In this document: piece by piece, positions 9,270 to 16,868 of the stretch
How the letters are laid out: every line of letters starts with the position of its first letter
Position numbering within the stretch: the stretch's first letter is position 1
IMG/VR virus record: IMGVR_UViG_3300038675_000398
Coordinates: 1-52,023 of that record
Direction: 5' to 3' (one strand)
DNA from: a virus
Lineage: Duplodnaviria > Caudoviricetes
Length of the DNA: 52,023 bases
Notes under the pieces: generated by a model
Seen by the model: only the letters and a program-made list of their open reading frames with translations
The model's database searches: none
Told to the model about the DNA's origin: nothing
Made by a program: the position numbers and the translations under genes

Positions 9270-11440
9270 ACTATTATAAAATCAAATGCGTTTGCTACTT
9301 TGGTACCGTCGGCATCCTCAAAGACCACCTTGATTGAGTTTGTTGTTTTATCTTTAACATAAACCTTTACGGCCGTTGCTGGGTCCTTAATAATCGGTGT
9401 GCACACATAGTCCGTTCTTCCCAGGTTATGGGTGATCGTATAATCTTTGTTGGTACTGTTATATAAAACCGTGAATGTTCCGATTATTTCCGTCCTAATC
9501 CCGGCAGAAGTTACAGATCCAGCTCTTGTGGCCTGGGTGGCACCAAGTACTCCAACGCCTCCGGCAGAAAGGGATCCGGTGGCATGTAGGTTGCCGTTAA
9601 CAACAAGATTCCCATTGGAGTCTTTGGTGATTGACACCGGGGCTTGATCAGTAATTCCATTCTGGAATGTAAACGTTTTTGCCTTCAATGTGTAAAGAAA
9701 TGTGGCATACGTTCCTACTAGCGTACCAGTTATAGTATTATCACCCGTTTTGCTTAAATAAGTTTCATCATGGTCGTGGGTTAAAAGAGAATAATCCTCC
9801 AAGGCAGTGGTTACATCGGTCTTTAAGGCATAATCGGTTAAGTCCGCCGTATCGCCACTACCAAGTGCTGATATGGCATTGTCTACATAGTCTTCCGTGG
9901 CATATCCATTAAGTGCCGTGCTAATGGAACTGCCTACATAGGTCTTTAAGGCATAATCGGTAAGGTCCACCGATCCACCGGTATCAATCCCTGAAATGGC
10001 GATGGCAATAGCAGCATCCACCTGGTCCATTGTTGCGTATGTAGGTATGGATCCGGCTGCACCTGCCGCAATACTCCCGGTGGCATAAAAATCTCCTTCC
10101 ACATATATTCTGCCATTGGCGTCAATCTTTAGCGCCGTTGAAACGGAGCTGCTATACTTAAGTGTGAGCTTCGTTGCAGTAAGTCCGGCCGATACATTAC
10201 TGAAGTCTCCGCTGTTATGGAGCCGTAGGTTCTTAGCTGCTGGCAGCTGGAGTGCTCCATTGTATAGGGTTAGCGTAACACCGCCATTTGCTTCTTCGCC
10301 AAAAATGGCCTTGGAATAACTTGTATTGTGATTGTGTCCGGAAGCAGCTGCGCCTACCTCGGAATATGAATAAGAAGGCTTTGTTTCGGCCTTGGCCCAG
10401 GCATGCACATCCGAGGCCGGCAATGACGTTGGCGCATTCGAAATATCGGACCATGTGTGCGAATGCGTTGAAGCCGCATAGTCGTGAGTATGGCTGCTTA
10501 ACGCAACCAGTTTGCCTGTATCGCTTTCCTGCACCTTAAGAAGTCCGTATCCGGCCTCCTGCGTCTCTCCCCAGGAAACAACGCTGGCTACCGGTGCGGA
10601 GCTTTCCCCACCCGGGCCACCAGCAGAAACGCTTCCAGTGGCGTAAAAGTTGCCGGATACATAGATATTCCCGGCATCGTCAATGGATATTGCCGTTTGA
10701 AGTTCTCCTTTTTTTAGGATTATTCCGTCAATAAACAGGTTATCTGTCTTTTCCCTGTATATGTCGTGAGAGTGTGATTTTGCGGCGTAAATCGATGAAT
10801 AGTCATGTGTATGGCCACTCAGGGATATATTCTTTGTGCTTCCGGCTACCGTCAAAGGAACATATTGTCCTTCGCTTTCCGTTCCGTATGAGACTGTGGT
10901 GCCCTCTCCTGTGCCGGGATCTCCTGTGCCGGGATCTCCTGTTCCTCCTCCCTCGGCCGTTCCCAGGCCCCCGGCAGCAACGGAGCCAACACTCCAAAGG
11001 TCATACTTGGCCTTTATGGATAGCGGAGTAACACCGTCTTCGTCGTACTGGATCTCGAATACCTTGTCAAAATTCAATACGGCTGCTTCTTCCAGGGCCG
11101 TCAGCCTACTATTTATTTCCCAAATGGCATGCGCATTAAAGGTTTCGGTCAGCGTTTCTTCGCCATAGGGGTTCGTTTCCCCGGTAAGCTGGCTATATGA
11201 ATAAACGTCCAGTCCGCTGCCAGATCCACTTCCCAGGTCCATCTCCTGTAGGGCTTCCAGCGTCACCAGGTTCCCCACAATGGTTGTTCCACCGCTAATA
11301 AGATTAACGGTGTGGTCTTCATTCTCCGAGTAGGATAGGGGATATGACGTGCCACCCGGCGAAGACCCTCCCCCGAAATCTATCTGGACAATCTTCCCGA
11401 ATTGTACGTCCGTTCCTTTTATTTCAACATCTAACCTCAT
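9266..11440 (-). CDS. tail fibre protein
   Basis: 724 aa, Gly/Ser/Thr-rich; four GxxxA/SxGSxxAGG repeats, six HxH motifs, two DLTDYALKT repeats. Confidence 0.75.
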   Translation of the reverse strand: MRLDVEIKGTDVQFGKIVQIDFGGGSSPGGTSYPLSYSENEDHTVNLISGGTTIVGNLVTLEALQEMDLGSGSGSGLDVYSYSQLTGETNPYGEETLTETFNAHAIWEINSRLTALEEAAVLNFDKVFEIQYDEDGVTPLSIKAKYDLWSVGSVAAGGLGTAEGGGTGDPGTGDPGTGEGTTVSYGTESEGQYVPLTVAGSTKNISLSGHTHDYSSIYAAKSHSHDIYREKTDNLFIDGIILKKGELQTAISIDDAGNIYVSGNFYATGSVSAGGPGGESSAPVASVVSWGETQEAGYGLLKVQESDTGKLVALSSHTHDYAASTHSHTWSDISNAPTSLPASDVHAWAKAETKPSYSYSEVGAAASGHNHNTSYSKAIFGEEANGGVTLTLYNGALQLPAAKNLRLHNSGDFSNVSAGLTATKLTLKYSSSVSTALKIDANGRIYVEGDFYATGSIAAGAAGSIPTYATMDQVDAAIAIAISGIDTGGSVDLTDYALKTYVGSSISTALNGYATEDYVDNAISALGSGDTADLTDYALKTDVTTALEDYSLLTHDHDETYLSKTGDNTITGTLVGTYATFLYTLKAKTFTFQNGITDQAPVSITKDSNGNLVVNGNLHATGSLSAGGVGVLGATQATRAGSVTSAGIRTEIIGTFTVLYNSTNKDYTITHNLGRTDYVCTPIIKDPATAVKVYVKDKTTNSIKVVFEDADGTKVANAFDFIIV
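10905..10942. repeat. 15-bp tandem repeat (2.5 copies) encoding a GTGDP linker
   Basis: tctcctgtgccggga x2 plus tctcctgt. Confidence 0.85.
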
Positions 11441-11784
11441 AGGCTTCCATCTTGCCCCAATACACTTGGGGCTATTGTGATATGTTCTTTGGCTACACCA
11501 ATAACAACTTTACCGGTGCTTGTGTTTGTGAATTTTACTTCCAGTATAAAGGTCCCGGATAAAGGTCTGGTTACTTCTGGTCCACATGAATAGGAAAATA
11601 CGCCATTGGAAACTACAATAGGGAGCGTGGATGCCGTGCCGGTGGTGCTCCAGATAATTTTCTGGTTATCCCTTTCCCGGAGCATGCAGCTTATCTTGTA
11701 TGCGGAAAGATCGGTGATCTGTTCCCCATCATCCCCGATTAGCTTGCAGCTAAATTCAATCGTTTCCCCCTGATACGTCAACAT
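11437..11784 (-). CDS. BppU-like/adaptor beta-sandwich protein
   Basis: 115 aa; YQGE...ITDLS...GTFILEV; paralog of 6980..7360. Confidence 0.5.
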   Translation of the reverse strand: MLTYQGETIEFSCKLIGDDGEQITDLSAYKISCMLRERDNQKIIWSTTGTASTLPIVVSNGVFSYSCGPEVTRPLSGTFILEVKFTNTSTGKVVIGVAKEHITIAPSVLGQDGSL

Positions 11785-11785
11785 G

Positions 11786-12310
11786 TTATCCTACATTTTC
11801 TGTTTGTGGCTCGGCTACTGGTGCCGGAGCAGGAGCCGGTGCCCCAACAAGGTTATCCTTCATGCACTTAATCGCCTCTGTAAGCTTCTTCAATTCTTCT
11901 GCAGCGTCCATGGCATTTTCCGGGATCTGTGCGGCCTTGCTCTTGGCATCTCGTAGGTTTTCACGTACCGACTTAAACTCGGTAAGGCAAGCCCCCAGGG
12001 AGCAAAACATTACGCCTACCGGAATTACTAGGCCGCTTTCCGTAAAGGCCATAGAGACTATTATAATGGCTATATCAATAACGATCCCGAAATAATACAC
12101 CTTGGTATAATCTCCGAACTTGATGAACGTCTTTTTAAGGCCGCCACTGTTTATTACCTGGTTCTTGGCTTTAGCTTTGCTTATGCCGGTCTTAAGATCT
12201 ACCATGGATGCTATAAGCATCAATACGGCAAAAAGAACGATAAACACGGCCTCTGTTATCAGGTTACGTGTGGCTACCTCTATTAAATGGTCGGTTTCAT
12301 AACTAATCAT
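11786..12310 (-). CDS. phage holin (phage holin 4-type)
   Basis: 174 aa; TM segments flanking DLKTGISKAK...INSGGLKKTFIK, then EFKSVRENL, the pattern of this holin family. Confidence 0.75.
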   Translation of the reverse strand: MISYETDHLIEVATRNLITEAVFIVLFAVLMLIASMVDLKTGISKAKAKNQVINSGGLKKTFIKFGDYTKVYYFGIVIDIAIIIVSMAFTESGLVIPVGVMFCSLGACLTEFKSVRENLRDAKSKAAQIPENAMDAAEELKKLTEAIKCMKDNLVGAPAPAPAPVAEPQTENVG

Positions 12311-12978
12311 GTCAAATGTGCTTTGGCAAGGTTAAAATAAGTTTCTGCGTTTTGGTCCTTAAAAGTCGCCAACACAAGTCCGGTGAGATAAGACAATATG
12401 GCATTCTCCAGATATCTGTTAATACTTACATATTGCTTGTTGTCCTCTGTTTCAATCTTGGGGATCGGAAAGTAAAGAAGCTTTCTAACATAGTCCTCTC
12501 CGCTTGCCGATACTCCCGGGGCTTCCCTCAAGGAGTAATACTGCAAATACGGTCCATTATCTCCGTACCTAAGAACAACTGCAGGTCGCTGATAGGTGCC
12601 GCAAACATAGGGATCGTTTTGCTTTGCCGCTTCCAGGCTATCCTCTGGGATAAACTCTGTAACGGTATAATTGGAATCGGTGGCTGCTAGGGCAAGTGGC
12701 CTTAGCAACCCCTTTTCCGTAAAGTGTATAAGAATGGTTTTGCCGTCAACCTCTACGTTGTCCTCCTGGCTTAATGAATCTGCGTCTTTTGCGGCTAATA
12801 TATGTGGTGCCGTGCTGTGTATCACGTTTACGGCCTTCAGAATGTTGGCCTCTATGATATGATCCAGGTCCTGGCTGTCTGCATCTGTGAGAATCTCCAT
12901 AAGTGAGCTATTCGGCTGCAATTCGTCTATTGCAGCCCGAACGAACCCAATTATATCAGACGTAAACAGCTTTATCAT
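12307..12978 (-). CDS. putative head-tail adaptor / virion protein
   Basis: 223 aa; helical N- and C-termini around a beta core; located downstream of the capsid gene. Confidence 0.45.
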   Translation of the reverse strand: MIKLFTSDIIGFVRAAIDELQPNSSLMEILTDADSQDLDHIIEANILKAVNVIHSTAPHILAAKDADSLSQEDNVEVDGKTILIHFTEKGLLRPLALAATDSNYTVTEFIPEDSLEAAKQNDPYVCGTYQRPAVVLRYGDNGPYLQYYSLREAPGVSASGEDYVRKLLYFPIPKIETEDNKQYVSINRYLENAILSYLTGLVLATFKDQNAETYFNLAKAHLT

Positions 12979-13424
12979 TCCTCAAAAACAACATTGGGAA
13001 ATACAAGATTGTTTTCTGCTATTCTATTCTTAATGGCGGTCAGGCCATTGAGACCTTGGGGGCTAACGCCTATTACGGTTTTCAGGTAATACCTCACACC
13101 ATTAAGGTCGGTAACATCTTCTATGATGTTTTGTTTTGTCTTAGCTTCCGGGATGCTGGCCGGCTTCTTGCTCTTAACCACAGGGGCATCCGTTTCCTTA
13201 ATAGGATATACGGCAACCAACCGTATAGGGCCCTTGTTAAACCTTGGATCGTTTTCAATGATCGCCTGGATAACCGGATCTGCGGTTGAAAATGAAGCCG
13301 GTCTGTCTTCTCCAAAACTAGATCCGCCCTTAAACTCTACTTTGAGTGATGCGTTTCCTGTTTTGAAATATAGGATTGCATTGTTTATGCCCGGTAATCC
13401 GTATGTTCTTCTGCTTCTGCTCAT
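12975..13424 (-). CDS. hypothetical virion-associated protein
   Basis: 149 aa directly downstream of the capsid gene and terminator. Confidence 0.55.
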   Translation of the reverse strand: MSRSRRTYGLPGINNAILYFKTGNASLKVEFKGGSSFGEDRPASFSTADPVIQAIIENDPRFNKGPIRLVAVYPIKETDAPVVKSKKPASIPEAKTKQNIIEDVTDLNGVRYYLKTVIGVSPQGLNGLTAIKNRIAENNLVFPNVVFEE

Positions 13425-13441
13425 GGTTGTTGGGTTAAATT

Positions 13442-13477
13442 AAAAGAAAGGGTGCCCCGTTTCAGGGGCCCCTTCTT
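13442..13477 (-). terminator. intrinsic terminator after the major capsid gene
   Basis: Minus strand AAGAAGGGGCCCC-TGAAAC-GGGGCACCCTTTCTTTT: GC-rich hairpin plus U tract, 11 nt after the capsid stop. Confidence 0.75.
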
Positions 13478-13488
13478 GATTAATTAAC

Positions 13489-15075
13489 TCAGGCAGTTAT
13501 GATACCTGAGAATTCTTTCCAAACGGTATTCTCAAGGTCATAGACCAGGATCGAACCGGCAGGCCAGCTGCCAATAGCAGCGGTCAGATAGATTCTCATG
13601 CCGTCAGGCAGGGTTTCGCCAGCTTCAGCTACAGGGAGCTCATCTACAGAAGTGGCCCAGGAGGCGTCAACAACTTTTTCAGACATAGGGATAATCAGGT
13701 TGGATGGCCCTACCATAACGCTGTTAAAGCCTTTCAGGGCAATACAGTCAATCTGTTGGTAGATATCCCTGGTGGCCTCCCGGTTCTCACCGGCACCTTT
13801 CTTCATATCCACATGCTGTTCCTTGTTGTCCACTTTGACGTAGCGTACAGCATTCTTAATATCAATGACAAAAGCAAACTCGGAGTACCCTACATCATCC
13901 AGGGTGGGATCCCATTTGAAGTTCAAAGTTCCAAAGGTGGTTTTGAACGCCTTAATGTCAATACCCAGCACCGTATTAGCGGTAAAGGTTACGTCTTTAT
14001 GCCTTGTGAAGTCAATGTTAAGCAATTTCTCCATGAAGTTTTTGCCGCAATAAACACTTGCTTCGTTGCTTACAGCGTATTCAGTAAACTGCATTTTGCT
14101 TATGGCAATCAGATCTTCATAGGTAATCTTATCCAGGTATGCGTACATGGACTGGATCTGCCTTACAACGCCCTCGGAGAAATAGATATACTCCTCTCCC
14201 ATAGTGTCGCTGACTTGTTTTTTCACCCTGTATTTCTTGCCGATCCATGCGGTACGTGCGCATTTACGCCTGTGGTTGTACAGGGCATTGTCTTTCACGT
14301 CTTGTTTTACAAAGGGCACTTTCTTGGCAATCTCCAGCCAGTGGTCTGTCAGGACAATGTTGGTGATCTTCTTCTGCAAATAGACAGTTTTGGGCCTGGG
14401 TTGGTAGTTCTCAGGAGCAACGTGCATCTGTGATTCAGAACAAGCATTGGAGCATACGATAAGCTTTGATCCGCTTGCAATGGCAGGAATCTTGGCTGTG
14501 CCACCCTCAATGACCGGGTTAATGGCTTCAACGGTAATACCGCTATCGGAAGAAGCGCTAACAAACAGCATCAACGATCCAGATACATTGGCTCCGGTTT
14601 CATCATATCCTGCCACATCCGGAACGGATATAGTGGAATATTTGGGGAACATACGGTAGTTGGTGCTTGCTATAGGCAAGGTTGCGGTATTGGTGGCTGT
14701 TTTTGCCAGATCATCGTTTGTCTCACATTCCAGGATTGCGGAACCACTTGCGTAGTGCTCAATCTCATAACCGGTTACGCTAGACTGCCGGGCTTCCTTT
14801 CGGATATCGGTGTCTAAGGGAAACTTAAACGGCCGGAATTTGGCAATAAACTGATCCACCTCCGGTTCGGCAAGATCGCCTTCACGTATTTGACCGGCGC
14901 TTGCTACCTCTCCTGTCAGGTCGGTATTGATGCCTTTATCATCGGCAACGGCACCGGTGGTATCTGCCGCCATAGCGACATCAAAACTTGCCCCGAATGC
15001 CAGGGCAAAGACCAACAGGATCAAGCTCACAAAGCTTATCTTATTGGATTTCAGAAAAGAAAATAGTTTTCTCAT
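13489..15075 (-). CDS. major capsid protein (HK97-fold, SU10/DUF5309-like) with N-terminal hydrophobic leader
   Basis: 528 aa; follows an acidic scaffold-like gene and precedes a terminator; capsid-like segments (PLDTDIR; YLQKKITNI; FSEGVVRQI; GIDIKAFKTTFGTLNFKWDPTLD). Confidence 0.75.
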   Translation of the reverse strand: MRKLFSFLKSNKISFVSLILLVFALAFGASFDVAMAADTTGAVADDKGINTDLTGEVASAGQIREGDLAEPEVDQFIAKFRPFKFPLDTDIRKEARQSSVTGYEIEHYASGSAILECETNDDLAKTATNTATLPIASTNYRMFPKYSTISVPDVAGYDETGANVSGSLMLFVSASSDSGITVEAINPVIEGGTAKIPAIASGSKLIVCSNACSESQMHVAPENYQPRPKTVYLQKKITNIVLTDHWLEIAKKVPFVKQDVKDNALYNHRRKCARTAWIGKKYRVKKQVSDTMGEEYIYFSEGVVRQIQSMYAYLDKITYEDLIAISKMQFTEYAVSNEASVYCGKNFMEKLLNIDFTRHKDVTFTANTVLGIDIKAFKTTFGTLNFKWDPTLDDVGYSEFAFVIDIKNAVRYVKVDNKEQHVDMKKGAGENREATRDIYQQIDCIALKGFNSVMVGPSNLIIPMSEKVVDASWATSVDELPVAEAGETLPDGMRIYLTAAIGSWPAGSILVYDLENTVWKEFSGIITA

Positions 15076-15100
15076 GTTTGTATTGGTTTGGTTGTGTTAG

Positions 15101-15841
15101 TTATGCTAAGAATGGATTGTAGGATTTCTTATTTGGTTTTTTCTCCACGTCTCCTGCCCCGGATCCTGTTAGGGTAGGGGGTACACCAGCTGGCGTTTCG
15201 TCCTTTTTCAGCTTTTCTTCAATCTTTGCGTTCCGCCCCCGGACTTCTCCTACTCGCTGAGCTTCGGCCACATCAACATCATAGTTAAGGGCTTTAGCAA
15301 CCATGTCAAAGGTTTCTGGTTTAATAACATTGACAATACCGTCCAGGATTATCTGGTGCGCTGCGTCAAAGATCTTTACCGCATCTTCATCACCCAGGTT
15401 GTGTTCTTGCTGATACGCTTCCAGGGTGGCAAATGTAGCCTGTAGGTTGTCATCAGACTGCTGTTTTAGCTCTTTGCTTTTGCCTACATTCTCCAGCCAC
15501 TTGCTGTAGCTCTGTGCGAATTTATCCTTTTGCTCCGGATCATCCAGGGCAGCCTTGAATTCGTCTCCAAAGTTTTCCATAAGGTAACTTATAGGATCGC
15601 CACCGTCTTTCCATACGTTAAACAGCTCTGCGGACCGGGGATCGGAAGAAAAGAGATCTACCAGCTTGCGGCTTTCTTCTTCATACTTGCCTATCTTGCC
15701 GTCTCGTTCTTCTTGCTCCTTGGAAATGAGATCAAAAACGGCATCATCATCCTCGTAATTGGCATCAGGGTATTTGCCCTTCAGCGACTCCAAATAGAGT
15801 TGCCTCTTTGACTTTTGTTCAGGACTTTCGTTATCTTTCAT
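15101..15841 (-). CDS. capsid scaffolding protein
   Basis: 246 aa, acidic and helical, with a Pro/Gly low-complexity C-tail; immediately upstream of the capsid gene. Confidence 0.65.
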   Translation of the reverse strand: MKDNESPEQKSKRQLYLESLKGKYPDANYEDDDAVFDLISKEQEERDGKIGKYEEESRKLVDLFSSDPRSAELFNVWKDGGDPISYLMENFGDEFKAALDDPEQKDKFAQSYSKWLENVGKSKELKQQSDDNLQATFATLEAYQQEHNLGDEDAVKIFDAAHQIILDGIVNVIKPETFDMVAKALNYDVDVAEAQRVGEVRGRNAKIEEKLKKDETPAGVPPTLTGSGAGDVEKKPNKKSYNPFLA

Positions 15842-15876
15842 ATTATTAAGATTGTTTTTGCCATACTATTGGTAAA

Positions 15877-15919
15877 CAAAAATATAGCTCTTTACTGGCC
15901 CTATATGTCTAAAAATTCC
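15877..15919 (-). promoter_or_regulatory. late promoter for the scaffold-capsid-tail operon with upstream 13-bp box
   Basis: Minus strand GGAATTTTTAGAC (15919-15907), 22 nt spacer, TATTTTTG (15884-15877) matching the Bacteroidota -7 consensus TAnnTTTG. Confidence 0.6.
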
Positions 15920-15937
15920 ACATTGGCCTATGTGTTG

Positions 15938-15953
15938 TAACTTTGCGTAAACC
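15938..15953 (+). promoter_or_regulatory. promoter for the terminase island
   Basis: TAACTTTG (-7 box) followed by CGTAAACC; the same CGTAAACC follows the -7 box at 43318-43311. Confidence 0.55.
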
Positions 15954-15972
15954 TTAGCCACGCTTTTATGTT

Positions 15973-16407
15973 TTGCGTACTAAAAGTGAATTTACAGAAG
16001 ACCGGGATATAGATTTACTCCAAGTCTTCAATGATGTTGTAAGGAACTACAATGTTAAATCTCAATGCGAGGCGCTACGCATTGCGCTTGACAAACCCTC
16101 AAAACGATATTATGTAACGCCGGAGTGCGTTTGTAAAGCCATCTCCCGGATACGCCGTGGCGATGATCTGCCGGAAATGAAACCTTCCAGCCGGCTTATG
16201 TATTTTGAACTCTACCGGCTGTATTGCGAAGTAAAAAGCAGAAAACCAGCACTACCAAACAACCAGGTTTGTGAATTGATCGTTGAGCTACCTGCGAGCC
16301 GTTTCTTTGTGTCTATGGGAACGGCGGTAAAGATTATTAACCGACAAAGAAAGATTGAACAATGCAAAAAGCTAAACCTATTATCACAATATCGGCACTC
16401 ACGATAA
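15973..16407 (+). CDS. basic two-repeat protein, putative DNA-binding (late regulator or small terminase candidate)
   Basis: 144 aa, TTG start; internal duplication PSKRYYVTPECVCKAISRIRR / PASRFFVSMGTAVKIINRQRK. Confidence 0.55.
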   Translation: MRTKSEFTEDRDIDLLQVFNDVVRNYNVKSQCEALRIALDKPSKRYYVTPECVCKAISRIRRGDDLPEMKPSSRLMYFELYRLYCEVKSRKPALPNNQVCELIVELPASRFFVSMGTAVKIINRQRKIEQCKKLNLLSQYRHSR

Positions 16408-16868
16408 TATACCTGGTGTCTCTGTTTGTTGACGTTCCCGGTCCCGGGTATTCCAGGGATAACCTCTGGCCACATTTTTATTATATGTTTTTCCATGCCA
16501 ACGTATTTCATTTGGCCTTAAACTGCCTGGGGGCATATTTCCTGGTCCGGGAGATCAAGCCGTTGATTGCTGCTTACCTGATATCGGTAGCCCTGTCATT
16601 TATCCTATATGCCAAATATCCCACCCTGGGATTCTCTGCACCATTATTGGTCCTGGTTGGCTATTACGGCAATTTGTTAAGCCGGAATCCCTTTAGGGAA
16701 CCCCGGCTACTTATGGCCTATTCAATCTTGATTGCCGGCTTGTTTAATCCAAAATTAAACGGCCTCATACATATTGCCGCCATGCTTTGCGGCATTCTCC
16801 TGTCTTTGTTGAACAACATAATTGCACGTTTGCGGTATGACTATAGAAGGGTTGGTAAAGGAAAATAA
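16362..16868 (+). CDS. rhomboid-family intramembrane serine protease
   Basis: 168 aa, multi-TM; YMFFHANVFHLALN (HxxxxHxxxN), GFSA (catalytic GxS) and IHIAAMLCG (catalytic His helix) in rhomboid order. Confidence 0.75.
   Translation: MQKAKPIITISALTIIYLVSLFVDVPGPGYSRDNLWPHFYYMFFHANVFHLALNCLGAYFLVREIKPLIAAYLISVALSFILYAKYPTLGFSAPLLVLVGYYGNLLSRNPFREPRLLMAYSILIAGLFNPKLNGLIHIAAMLCGILLSLLNNIIARLRYDYRRVGKGK

Noticed and set aside
1-12000. Diversity-generating retroelement or invertible tail-fibre cassette
   Set aside because: No reverse transcriptase, no recombinase and no template/variable repeat pair seen; the repeats found are short and in-frame.
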